Source: Sedimentisphaera cyanobacteriorum | Lineage (GTDB): Bacteria > Planctomycetota > Phycisphaerae > Sedimentisphaerales > Sedimentisphaeraceae | Assembly: GCF_001997385.1 (NCBI RefSeq) | Contig: NZ_CP019633.1 | Location: 570,001-602,000, forward strand | Length of the DNA stretch: 32,000 nt | Direction of reading: 5' to 3' | Shown here: positions 8,533-16,448 of the stretch, piece after piece | Numbering within the stretch: the stretch's first letter is position 1 | How the letters are laid out: the number at the start of each line of letters is the position of its first letter | The notes under the pieces: generated by a model | The model's input: only the letters and a program-made list of their open reading frames with translations | Databases searched by the model: none | What the model was told of the DNA's origin: nothing | Program-made: the position numbers and the translations under genes

Positions 8533-9633
8533 TCAGCGTGCAATCCTTGCAGAGCCGCCCTCCACGAGCCTTTCAACTTCCTTAAGGTCTGCTGTTGTGG
8601 TATCGCCAGGCGTAGTCATAGCAAGAGCGCCGTGGGCTGCTCCGTAATTCACTGCTGTTTGCGGGTCTTTACCTTCCATAAGGGCATAAATAAGTCCAGA
8701 GGCGAAGCTGTCTCCCCCGCCGACGCGGTCTAAGATTTCGAGCTTTTCTCTGAGCTGGGCATCGTAAAACTTCCCGCCTGAGTAAAGCACAGCCCCCCAG
8801 TCGTTTTTAGAAGCGGTAACGGCATTTCTCAATGTCGTGGCCACTGCCTTGAAGTTTGGGAATTCGCTCACTGCCTCCCTGATCATCTTCTTGAAGTTTG
8901 CCGGGTCGAGCCTGCTGCAGTTTTCATCAAGCCCTTGAACTTCAAAACCAAGCGAAGCTGAAAAGTCTTCTTCGTTGCCTATCATAACATCCACAAGCGG
9001 GGCGATTTCTCGATTAACTTCCATTGCTTTTTCTTTGCCGCCGATATCTTTCCATAGCGATGCGCGGTAGTTCAAATCGTAGGATACAATTGTGCCGTAT
9101 TTTTTTGCGGTCTGCATTGCTTCAATAAGAGCTTCAGGAGTTGTCTCGCTCAGGCCTGCAAATATTCCGCCCGAGTGAAACCAGCGGATCCCGTCGATTC
9201 CAAAAATCGAATCCCAGTTGATATCGCCTTTTTTGATCTGCGATGCAGCGCTGCAGCCACGGTCGCTGCAGCCTCTTGCTGCTCGAAGGCCGAACCCTCG
9301 TTCAGTGAAATTCAGCCCAACACGTGATTTCCGGCCGATACCATCGAAAGGCACCCATTTAACGTATTCCTGGCTCACGCCGCCCTGATAAAGCAGATCT
9401 TCGAGCAAACGACCGACCGGATTGTCAACTATTGCCGCTGCCACTGCAGCCCGTTTGCCGAAGCAGCGTTTGAGCCCGCGTGCTACATTATACTCCCCGC
9501 CGCCTTCCCATACGTTAAACTGGCGGGTTGTGTGGATTCTGTTTTCGCCCGGGTCAAGACGAAGCATAATCTCGCCAAGTGAGAGGATGTCGTATTTGCA
9601 TTCTGATTCAGGACGTAAATTAATATCGCTCAT
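8533..9633 (-). CDS. kdgK: 2-dehydro-3-deoxygluconokinase (PfkB-family sugar kinase)
   Basis: 366 aa. PfkB signatures are an N-terminal GE..LRL/GGGEYNVA region and a C-terminal DRVGGGDSFASG motif. The context is between kduD and eda. Confidence 0.8.
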   Translation of the reverse strand: MSDINLRPESECKYDILSLGEIMLRLDPGENRIHTTRQFNVWEGGGEYNVARGLKRCFGKRAAVAAAIVDNPVGRLLEDLLYQGGVSQEYVKWVPFDGIGRKSRVGLNFTERGFGLRAARGCSDRGCSAASQIKKGDINWDSIFGIDGIRWFHSGGIFAGLSETTPEALIEAMQTAKKYGTIVSYDLNYRASLWKDIGGKEKAMEVNREIAPLVDVMIGNEEDFSASLGFEVQGLDENCSRLDPANFKKMIREAVSEFPNFKAVATTLRNAVTASKNDWGAVLYSGGKFYDAQLREKLEILDRVGGGDSFASGLIYALMEGKDPQTAVNYGAAHGALAMTTPGDTTTADLKEVERLVEGGSARIAR

Positions 9634-9669
9634 AATAACTCCTTTGCCTTTATCGAAATCGGGCGAAGA

Positions 9670-10437
9670 TTATCTGGCAAGCCAGCCCCCGTCAACGGCT
9701 ACAGTATATCCGTTCATATAGTCTGAAGCCTCAGAAGCGAGGAAAACAGCGGCTCCCTGGAGGTCTTCAGGTTTACCCCATCTGCCCGCAGGTATGCGGC
9801 CTAAAATTGCCTTGCTTCTCTCGGGGTCTTCCCTAAGCGGCTTTGTATTGTCTGTGGCCATATATCCCGGAGCGATTCCATTGGTGTTGATCCCGTGCTT
9901 GGCAAGCTCATTTGCCATAAGTTTCGTGAGCCCCATAACAGCGCTTTTCGAGGCTGTATATGAAGGAACAAAGACCCCGCCCTGAAAGCTCAGCATTGAA
10001 GCGATGTTTATTATCTTTCCGCCTCTGCCCTGTTCTATAAGCACCTTGCTCACTTCCTGGCTCAGGAAGAAAAGGGTGCGGAGATTCACGTTCAAAACAT
10101 CGTCCCAGTCTTTCTCGGAGAATTCTGTGAAGGGGGCTCTGCGTATAGTGCCTGCATTATTAACGAGAATATCAATCCCGCCCAGTTCGTGCTTTGCCCT
10201 GCTTACTATTTCAGATACAGGTTCTTTTGTCGTCAAATCCCCCTGAACAGCAATGCATTTTCTGCCGAGCTCTTCAATTTTTGTTTTGGTCTGCTCCATA
10301 CTGCTTTTAGCAGCAAGAGCTACATCAGCTCCGGCCTCGGCCAGTCCGATTGCCATAGCCTGCCCAAGACCTCGTGAGCCGCCTGTTACGATTGCCTTTT
10401 TTCCGTCCAATTTGAATTTGTCTAAAATCATTTTCAT
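9670..10437 (-). CDS. kduD: 2-deoxy-D-gluconate 3-dehydrogenase (SDR family)
   Basis: 255 aa. The Rossmann motif TGGSRGLGQAMA, the YxxxK catalytic region (YTASKSAV) and N-terminal similarity to E. coli KduD (MIL..F.L.GK.A.VTG) support the call. Confidence 0.85.
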   Translation of the reverse strand: MKMILDKFKLDGKKAIVTGGSRGLGQAMAIGLAEAGADVALAAKSSMEQTKTKIEELGRKCIAVQGDLTTKEPVSEIVSRAKHELGGIDILVNNAGTIRRAPFTEFSEKDWDDVLNVNLRTLFFLSQEVSKVLIEQGRGGKIINIASMLSFQGGVFVPSYTASKSAVMGLTKLMANELAKHGINTNGIAPGYMATDNTKPLREDPERSKAILGRIPAGRWGKPEDLQGAAVFLASEASDYMNGYTVAVDGGWLAR

Positions 10438-10471
10438 CTCCTTTAAAACATTAAACTAACAGTCTCTTCTC

Positions 10472-11233
10472 TTAATTCCTCGAATAACCCATTGCTTCGC
10501 TCAATTTCTCTGCACACTGAGTTACTTCTCCCGAAATACCTTCTATTCTTTGTTCAGGCAGACTGCTTGATGGGCCGGTTATCCCGATTGAAGCGCATAC
10601 TTCTCTGCTCCCGTTTTTTACGGGCGCAGCAATACAGCATACATTTTCATGATACTCTTGAGCATCTACGCTGCAGCCGTTCTCGAGAATTTTATTTACC
10701 TCTTTTTCCATCTCTTCGAGCGTTGTGATAGTGTTTTCGGTAAATTTTTCCGGATGGTGACTGCAGTAGTAGTTCTTGAGGCTGTCTTTGTGGATGTATG
10801 CAAGAAAAATTTTTCCTGTGGAGGAGCAGTACAAAGGAACAGTAGTCCCGGGTCTTGAGGCCACGCGTACAGGGTTGGGGCTGTCGTGAACTTCAAGGAT
10901 CAGCGACTGCCAGCCGGCAGGGACAGCAAGATGGCTTGTGCATCCTGTTTTGTTAGCAAGATCGCGTAGAAAAGGAACGCAAAGAGATCTTATCTCCATT
11001 GAGTGCAGTGAGTCCAGCCCGATTTTCACAAGCTGCGTGCCGGCGAAGAACAGCCCGTTTCTCTTTTCAGCCATTCCCTGAGCGCAGAGAGTTTGGAGTA
11101 TTCTGTAAACCGTGGTTCTTGCCGCTTCAGACATCTGTTCAATATCTGAAGCACTTAGCCCGTCAGCATTCTCGGCTAAAAGTTCTAAAATCCTGCAAGC
11201 CTTGATTATATTCGGAATCTGATATTTATTCAT
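10472..11233 (-). CDS. IclR-family transcriptional regulator (KdgR-like), first gene of the KDG operon
   Basis: 253 aa with an N-terminal winged HTH (ACRILELLAENADGLSASDIEQMSEAARTTVYRILQTL) and a C-terminal IclR effector domain. Only 34 nt separate it from kduD. Confidence 0.85.
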   Translation of the reverse strand: MNKYQIPNIIKACRILELLAENADGLSASDIEQMSEAARTTVYRILQTLCAQGMAEKRNGLFFAGTQLVKIGLDSLHSMEIRSLCVPFLRDLANKTGCTSHLAVPAGWQSLILEVHDSPNPVRVASRPGTTVPLYCSSTGKIFLAYIHKDSLKNYYCSHHPEKFTENTITTLEEMEKEVNKILENGCSVDAQEYHENVCCIAAPVKNGSREVCASIGITGPSSSLPEQRIEGISGEVTQCAEKLSEAMGYSRN

Positions 11234-11390
11234 ATTTGAAAACCCTTGTTTATATATGAAATATTTTATGAGAACTTGTCTATCCTGTCAACTTTGAAAC
11301 ATTGAAAACAGGGATTTTGAGCTGTGTTTTTTAACGCTCTTCACGTGTAAGATGAATTATCGGAAAGCTGGAATTGAAGGCAACTGCCTG

Positions 11391-12749
11391 CTACTTAGCC
11401 AAAAGTTCGTTGACTCTGCTGATATAGCTTTTCATATTGAATTTCCGCTCGAGCCCGCGGTCGTTCATATACCGTACCGAGCCGAATATTTTGCGTTTTG
11501 TCCAAGGCCTGTCGTGATTTCCGAAGCACCATGCAACACCAGCAAAGCTGTTTGGGTCGTTTCCATCCAAAGAGTAAACGTTGTTCAGTCTCAGAGCCCA
11601 GTCGAAGGCTGTTTTGGGATTGTTTGTCCATTCAAGAATCTTTTTCCCCCAGTACATCCGCATATATCCGTGCATTTTGCCCGTGATTGCCATTTCCTTT
11701 TGGGCAGCGTTCCAGTATTTGTCGTGTGTACGGGCTTTTTCAAGCTCTTCGTATTTATATACATACTCGCGCTTTGCAGATTTCTGCTCTTCGAGGGTTT
11801 CTCTTGCCCATGCCGGCAGGGCTGAATATCTCCAGAAATTTTCAGTGAACCAGACAAAATTGAATGCAAGTTCTCTTCGAACAAGCAGCTGCTCTAAGAA
11901 AGCATCACAGGGTTTGCCGCTTTCTTTAACCCTGCGGTAAATAAGGGCGGGGCTTATTTGACCGAATCTGAGGTACGGGCTCAGCCCCGACTGAAAATCT
12001 TCCGCAGGATCGTTGCGATTGTTTTCATAATTTTCGAGGCGATGCTCTATGAACTCGGCAAGCATTTTTTCAGCGCTGCGCTGTCCGCCGGGGTGTAAGA
12101 GGTGCCCTGTATAATTGAATCCTGCGGCCTCTCTCAAATCTGGACGGGCATCATGGATTGAGAATTCATCGCTTTGTATATCTGTCTCAAGTGAGCTTTT
12201 AACTGCTTCATTTTTTCCGCAAGGTGCGATGAAATTCTTAGCAATAGGCACAATTTTGCGTCTAAGCGTGGCTGCGCTGTATTCACGTTTGTTGGAAGCA
12301 GTTTCCACTGGCACGATGACATTTGCATCAACCTCAAATACAGGGCATTTGCATCTTCGAGTTATAACGCTCTCCCATTTATTTTCGGTATAAGCGTAGC
12401 CCCTGTCGAATATTAGTGATTCTGCTTCGCTGCAGTATTTGGGTATCGCTGCTGTGGGTTTATCCTTCTTGAGAACGAATTTTATATTTCTCTCTGCCAA
12501 ACTCGCCTCTACCTCTTTAAGCCCTTCAAGCATAAATCTGTAGCTGCGCTTTCCGCTCTGAGGGAATTTGTCTATAAGGCAGAACATTACAATCACAGGC
12601 ACTCCGGCGGCATTTGCCCTTTCAACTGCAAATTCAAGGGCAGGATTTTCTATTGTCCTAATAGATGCGTGCATCCAGTAAAGTACATACTCCCCTTCCT
12701 TACGGCTTGGGAGGTTATTGAGCTTTGTTATTCTCTCTTGCTGTGTCAT
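11391..12749 (-). CDS. phr: Deoxyribodipyrimidine (CPD) photolyase, class II
   Basis: 452 aa. Class II hallmarks as I recall them: N-terminal YVLYWM...R..ENPAL and C-terminal TGKMHGYMRMYWGKKILEW. Confidence 0.85.
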   Translation of the reverse strand: MTQQERITKLNNLPSRKEGEYVLYWMHASIRTIENPALEFAVERANAAGVPVIVMFCLIDKFPQSGKRSYRFMLEGLKEVEASLAERNIKFVLKKDKPTAAIPKYCSEAESLIFDRGYAYTENKWESVITRRCKCPVFEVDANVIVPVETASNKREYSAATLRRKIVPIAKNFIAPCGKNEAVKSSLETDIQSDEFSIHDARPDLREAAGFNYTGHLLHPGGQRSAEKMLAEFIEHRLENYENNRNDPAEDFQSGLSPYLRFGQISPALIYRRVKESGKPCDAFLEQLLVRRELAFNFVWFTENFWRYSALPAWARETLEEQKSAKREYVYKYEELEKARTHDKYWNAAQKEMAITGKMHGYMRMYWGKKILEWTNNPKTAFDWALRLNNVYSLDGNDPNSFAGVAWCFGNHDRPWTKRKIFGSVRYMNDRGLERKFNMKSYISRVNELLAK

Positions 12750-12908
12750 TTTATTTTCAGTAATTTATATCTCAGTTCAGAGCAATATAACATAATATAG
12801 ACTCAGCGGCAGCTTTTTAAAGATTTTTTCTGATTTGTTTTTGACTTACGAGTTCTTGTTTTGGATTTTGAATGCTGGAGTGGTGAGCGTTGAATTTTTT
12901 GAAAGCGT

Positions 12909-12933
12909 AAAAAAAGCCGGCCTTCAGGCCGGC
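12909..12933 (-). terminator. Rho-independent terminator after tRNA-Gln
   Basis: The minus strand reads GCCGGCC-TGAA-GGCCGGC followed by TTTTTTT, starting 6 nt after the tRNA 3' end. Confidence 0.65.
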
Positions 12934-12939
12934 TGAAAA

Positions 12940-13010
12940 CTGGGGTACAGGGATTCGAACCCCAACTAACTGAGCCAGAGTCAGTCGTGCTGCCGTTACA
13001 CTATACCCCA
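12940..13010 (-). tRNA. tRNA-Gln (anticodon CUG)
   Basis: Hand-folded 71-nt cloverleaf. Acceptor stem TGGGGTA/TACCCCA with discriminator G. D stem GTGT/GCAC. Anticodon stem ACTGA/TCAGT with loop CT-CTG-GC. T arm ends in a TTCGAAT loop. U1-A72 plus G73 is typical of bacterial tRNA-Gln. CCA is not encoded. Confidence 0.9.
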
Positions 13011-13027
13011 ATCTCTGGAGGCCAGAG

Positions 13028-13055
13028 AATATATAGAATTGGCCTTACGAATCAA
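13028..13055 (-). promoter_or_regulatory. Candidate sigma-70-type promoter for tRNA-Gln
   Basis: The minus strand reads TTGATT-16 nt-TATATT, with the -10 ending about 17 nt upstream of the mature tRNA 5' end. This is a sequence match only. Confidence 0.3.
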
Positions 13056-13233
13056 GCAAAATTTTAACATAATTTGAGTCTTTCTGCAAAAGGGCGGGCT
13101 GCTGAGCAAATGGAAGGAGATAAATGCAGGGCAAAAATTTAAATTACAACTTTTCTAAAGAAGCAAAACTTGTAAAATCTTGACAGTAAATTATACTTTG
13201 GAAACTTAGATTATTATATTACAAAGGTACGGT

Positions 13234-14142
13234 ATGAAACCATCTTTAGTAGTTATGGCAGCAGGTATGGGCTCACGATACGGCGGACTCAAACAGCTTG
13301 ATTCAGTTGGCCCGTCGGGTGAGTCTATAATAGAATATTCGCTTTTTGATGCAATAAGAGTAGGTTTCGGAAAGGTAGTTTTTGTTGTAAGAGAAGAGTT
13401 TAAGCAGATTTTCCACGATAAAATAGGCTCTGTTGCTCAAGATTTAGCAGAAGTTGATTATGCTTGTCAGGAGCTTGATGCGATGCTGTACGGCAGGGAA
13501 ATACCCGAAGGCAGGACAAAGCCTTGGGGCACAGGCCATGCGGTTCTTACAACTAAAGATCTGATAGAGACCCCTTTTGCTGTTATAAATGCAGATGATT
13601 TTTACGGCAAGCAGGCTTTTGAAGTAATGGCGGAATTTCTGTCTCATCCACGCGGCCATGGGGAATATGCAATGTCGGGATTCTCTCTTAAAAACACACT
13701 CAGCGAGTATGGAAGCGTTTCAAGAGGGCTTTGCTCAACTGACGGAAAACATTTCCTGAAGAAAGTTGAAGAATATAAAGAGATTTTCTGGAATAATGGC
13801 GAGGTCTGCTCACGCCTTGATAGCGGTGAACAGATAAAATTGAACCCGGAAACTATGACAAGTATGAACTTCTGGGGATTTCAGCAGGATATTTACGAAC
13901 ATCTCGAGCAGCAGTTTCATCAATTTATTGATGAGCATGGAAGTGAGCTCAAGAGTGAGTTCTTTATCCCAAACGTTGTTGACAGGCTTATAAATGAAAA
14001 TAAGGCGTGCGTTAATGTCCTCCCAACCTCCGGTACATGGTTCGGTGTTACCTACAAAGAGGATAAGCAGTTCGTGCAGGAGAATATAGCCAAACTTACG
14101 GAAAAAGGCATATATCCGGAGAATTTATGGGAAAAGAAGTAA
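13234..14142 (+). CDS. Nucleotidyltransferase (sugar-phosphate nucleotidylyltransferase fold), substrate unknown
   Basis: 302 aa. The N-terminal signature VVMAAGMGSRYGGLKQ is the GxGxR...K NTP-binding loop of the NTP_transferase superfamily. It also has a DDFYG acidic motif. I recognise no specific orthologue. Confidence 0.7.
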   Translation: MKPSLVVMAAGMGSRYGGLKQLDSVGPSGESIIEYSLFDAIRVGFGKVVFVVREEFKQIFHDKIGSVAQDLAEVDYACQELDAMLYGREIPEGRTKPWGTGHAVLTTKDLIETPFAVINADDFYGKQAFEVMAEFLSHPRGHGEYAMSGFSLKNTLSEYGSVSRGLCSTDGKHFLKKVEEYKEIFWNNGEVCSRLDSGEQIKLNPETMTSMNFWGFQQDIYEHLEQQFHQFIDEHGSELKSEFFIPNVVDRLINENKACVNVLPTSGTWFGVTYKEDKQFVQENIAKLTEKGIYPENLWEKK

Positions 14143-14330
14143 CAGAAACAGATAAAAAACTTGCTCAGCACTGCGTAAACTGCAAAATATGCCGTTATGC
14201 CAGAAAAAGGCAGAAGGGTATTATTTATTCACTGATTAAAATTGGTGAGAAATTCTGTCCGTTCTGCCGCGCCTACGAAAAGGTTTACGGCAAAAAAGCT
14301 TACGATACTGAGCAGGGAAATAGTGAATAG
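14127..14330 (+). CDS. Small Cys-rich hypothetical protein (CxxCxxC...CxxC)
   Basis: 67 aa. The ATG overlaps the 3' end of the upstream gene by 16 nt, with GGAG about 5 nt upstream, which suggests translational coupling. Five Cys are arranged C16-x2-C-x2-C and C44-x2-C, as in a zinc-ribbon or Fe-S knuckle. I recognise no homologue. Confidence 0.45.
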   Translation: MGKEVTETDKKLAQHCVNCKICRYARKRQKGIIYSLIKIGEKFCPFCRAYEKVYGKKAYDTEQGNSE

Positions 14331-14415
14331 TGTATTAACAGGCCTAATTTTAGGCCGCTGTTGCTGCTTTGGTTAGGCAGCAGAAAGTTGGCAGTGTTTT
14401 TATAAGGAAAAGATT

Positions 14416-16278
14416 ATGCTGATGGTTACAGATGTTGTAGAAATTGCTGTGATAATGGCCTATCTGGTCATTGTGATTATGCTGGGCTGGCTTGGTTACA
14501 CGAAAACCAAAACCGCTTCGGATTTTATGCTTGCCGGCAGAGGAACTCATCCCTTCGTGATGGCAATGAGCTACGGTGCTACATTCATCTCTACAAGCGC
14601 AATTGTCGGATTTGCCGGCGTTGCCGGAATGTTCGGGATGGGAGTACTTTGGCTTGTATTCCTGAACATATTTGTAGGCATATTCATAGCTTTCGTTTTT
14701 CTCGGCGAGAGAACACGCCACATGGGGCACGTGCTCAATGCCCATACCTTCGCTGAGCTTCTTGGCAGGCGGTACAACAGCAAGGCTGCGCAGGTTTTCT
14801 CCGGCATTATAATAAGCCTGTTCCTCCCTCTCTACGCAGCAGCTGTGTTTATCGGCGCATGCGAATTCATTACTTCACATTTCGGCATCTCCTACCACCT
14901 TGCTCTGCTGATTTTTGCTGTGATAGTAGCTTCATACGTGGTAACAGGCGGGCTCAAGGGGGTTATGTATGTAGATGCGATGCAGGGAACTATAATGACC
15001 GTCTGTATGATTACAATGCTTATACTATGCTATAAGATGGTAGGCGGGGTTGCAGAGGGGCATGCCCAGCTAACTGAGATGTCTGATGAGGTTTTCGTGG
15101 GTTTCAAGGCGATTGGTCATCAGGGCTGGACAGAGATGCCTAAGTTTGGCTGGGGAGACAGTCAGTATGACCTCTGGTGGATTCTTGTATCGAGCATAAT
15201 CTGCGGCGTAGGTTTCGGCGTGCTTGCTCAGCCTCAGCTCACAGTGCGTTTTATGACAGTACGCAGTAAAAGAGAGCTCAACAGGGGCGTCTTGATTGGC
15301 GGATTGTTCATATTGCTTATTCCGGGTACAGCTTACGTTGTGGCAAATATGTCGAACGTTTATTTCAATAAATATGAAACAATTACCGGCCAGCTGCTCT
15401 CTCGTACTGAAAGGGCGGATGTTATAGCGAAGAAAACAAGGGATGTGGAAAAAACGATTCCCTGCAGTCTTCTGCATATTGACGAAGACGGGGATAAAAA
15501 AGCCGATTTTCATGTCATTGAGAAAGGCCTCGGAAAGGCAGCTGCTATTATGCCAAAGGCTGAAGTAAAGCAGCTGGAAAATGGGCTTATTCAAGTTAAG
15601 CCCCGCGGAACTGCCTTTAAACGCGCCCTGACGCAAACAAGAAACGGCCGCTGGATGCTCAACGCAGACAGCGTGATACCAAATTATATCCGCTCTGCGA
15701 TGCCCACGTGGTTTTCTCTTTTGTTTCTGATTACCCTGCTCTCAGCGGGAATGAGTACGCTCTCAAGCCAGTTCCATACGCTGGGGAGCACCTTTGCCCA
15801 CGATGTATTCCGAAAACTGAGAAACAAAGAAACCAGCAGTGTTAAGGTAACAAGAACGAGCATTCTTGTAGGTATCATAATTGCTATGCTTCTGAGCCTG
15901 TATGCAAGGGGAGGCTTTATTGTTGCCCGGGCTACAGCAATCTTCTTCGGCCTTTGCCTCTCCTCGTTCCTTCCTTCGCTTGTGGGAGGGTTATTCTTCC
16001 GCAGAATGACAAAACCAGCAGCTCTCAGCTCTATGGCAGCTGGGTTCGGTGTTACGGTATTCTGGCTTCTTTTCGTTAAAGCCAAGGAGGCCGGGGCTAT
16101 AGGCCTTGTTCAGCGTTTTACAGGAGGCGAATCTTCTATCCTTGCAGGCTATCCGAACTGGCCGAACGTTGACCCGTGTTTTGTGGCTCTGCCTATCTCA
16201 GTTATAACTGCTGTTTTAGTAGCCGCATTTACTAAGCCCAATACAAGCGAGGAGCTGGAAAAATGCTTTGCAAAATAG
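14416..16278 (+). CDS. Sodium:solute symporter (SSS) family transporter, paralogue 1
   Basis: 620 aa and highly hydrophobic with many predicted TM helices. SSS-type motifs include SDFMLAGR near the N-terminus and a Na-site-like helix LLSAGMSTLSSQF. It carries a hydrophilic insert of about 115 aa at aa 313-428. Confidence 0.85.
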   Translation: MLMVTDVVEIAVIMAYLVIVIMLGWLGYTKTKTASDFMLAGRGTHPFVMAMSYGATFISTSAIVGFAGVAGMFGMGVLWLVFLNIFVGIFIAFVFLGERTRHMGHVLNAHTFAELLGRRYNSKAAQVFSGIIISLFLPLYAAAVFIGACEFITSHFGISYHLALLIFAVIVASYVVTGGLKGVMYVDAMQGTIMTVCMITMLILCYKMVGGVAEGHAQLTEMSDEVFVGFKAIGHQGWTEMPKFGWGDSQYDLWWILVSSIICGVGFGVLAQPQLTVRFMTVRSKRELNRGVLIGGLFILLIPGTAYVVANMSNVYFNKYETITGQLLSRTERADVIAKKTRDVEKTIPCSLLHIDEDGDKKADFHVIEKGLGKAAAIMPKAEVKQLENGLIQVKPRGTAFKRALTQTRNGRWMLNADSVIPNYIRSAMPTWFSLLFLITLLSAGMSTLSSQFHTLGSTFAHDVFRKLRNKETSSVKVTRTSILVGIIIAMLLSLYARGGFIVARATAIFFGLCLSSFLPSLVGGLFFRRMTKPAALSSMAAGFGVTVFWLLFVKAKEAGAIGLVQRFTGGESSILAGYPNWPNVDPCFVALPISVITAVLVAAFTKPNTSEELEKCFAK

Positions 16279-16448
16279 ATTTTGCAGAATTCCGGTTTAG
16301 GGTTTAATATTAAAGTATTGTTTATCTCTGAGGTTTATACCGAAGGGGTTATTTTACAATAGAATACAGGGCCTGCTGAAAGGCGGGCATAAATTATGCC
16401 GGAAACTTAACGCCGGCGTTCTTTTAAGCGTTTTTAAGGGGAAAAACT

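Noticed and set aside
11391-12749. A light-dependent photolyase in an apparently fermentative, PFOR-using organism as an anomaly
   Set aside because: PFOR does not prove strict anaerobiosis. Anaerobes from illuminated mats commonly keep photolyases. The gene looks ordinary and intact.
12817-13011. 64-aa minus-strand ORF
   Set aside because: It overlaps tRNA-Gln and its terminator. The tRNA fold fully explains the region.
13180-13185. Consensus TTGACA upstream of the nucleotidyltransferase as a -35 box
   Set aside because: No acceptable -10 hexamer lies at 16-18 nt; the sequence there is AACTTA. I therefore did not report it as a promoter.
16409-16420. The 12-bp perfect palindrome AACGCCGGCGTT followed by CTTTT, between the symporter copies, as a terminator
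   Set aside because: With a minimal loop, only a 4-bp stem is possible and the U-tract is short. It is too weak to call, and read-through into copy 2 is equally plausible.
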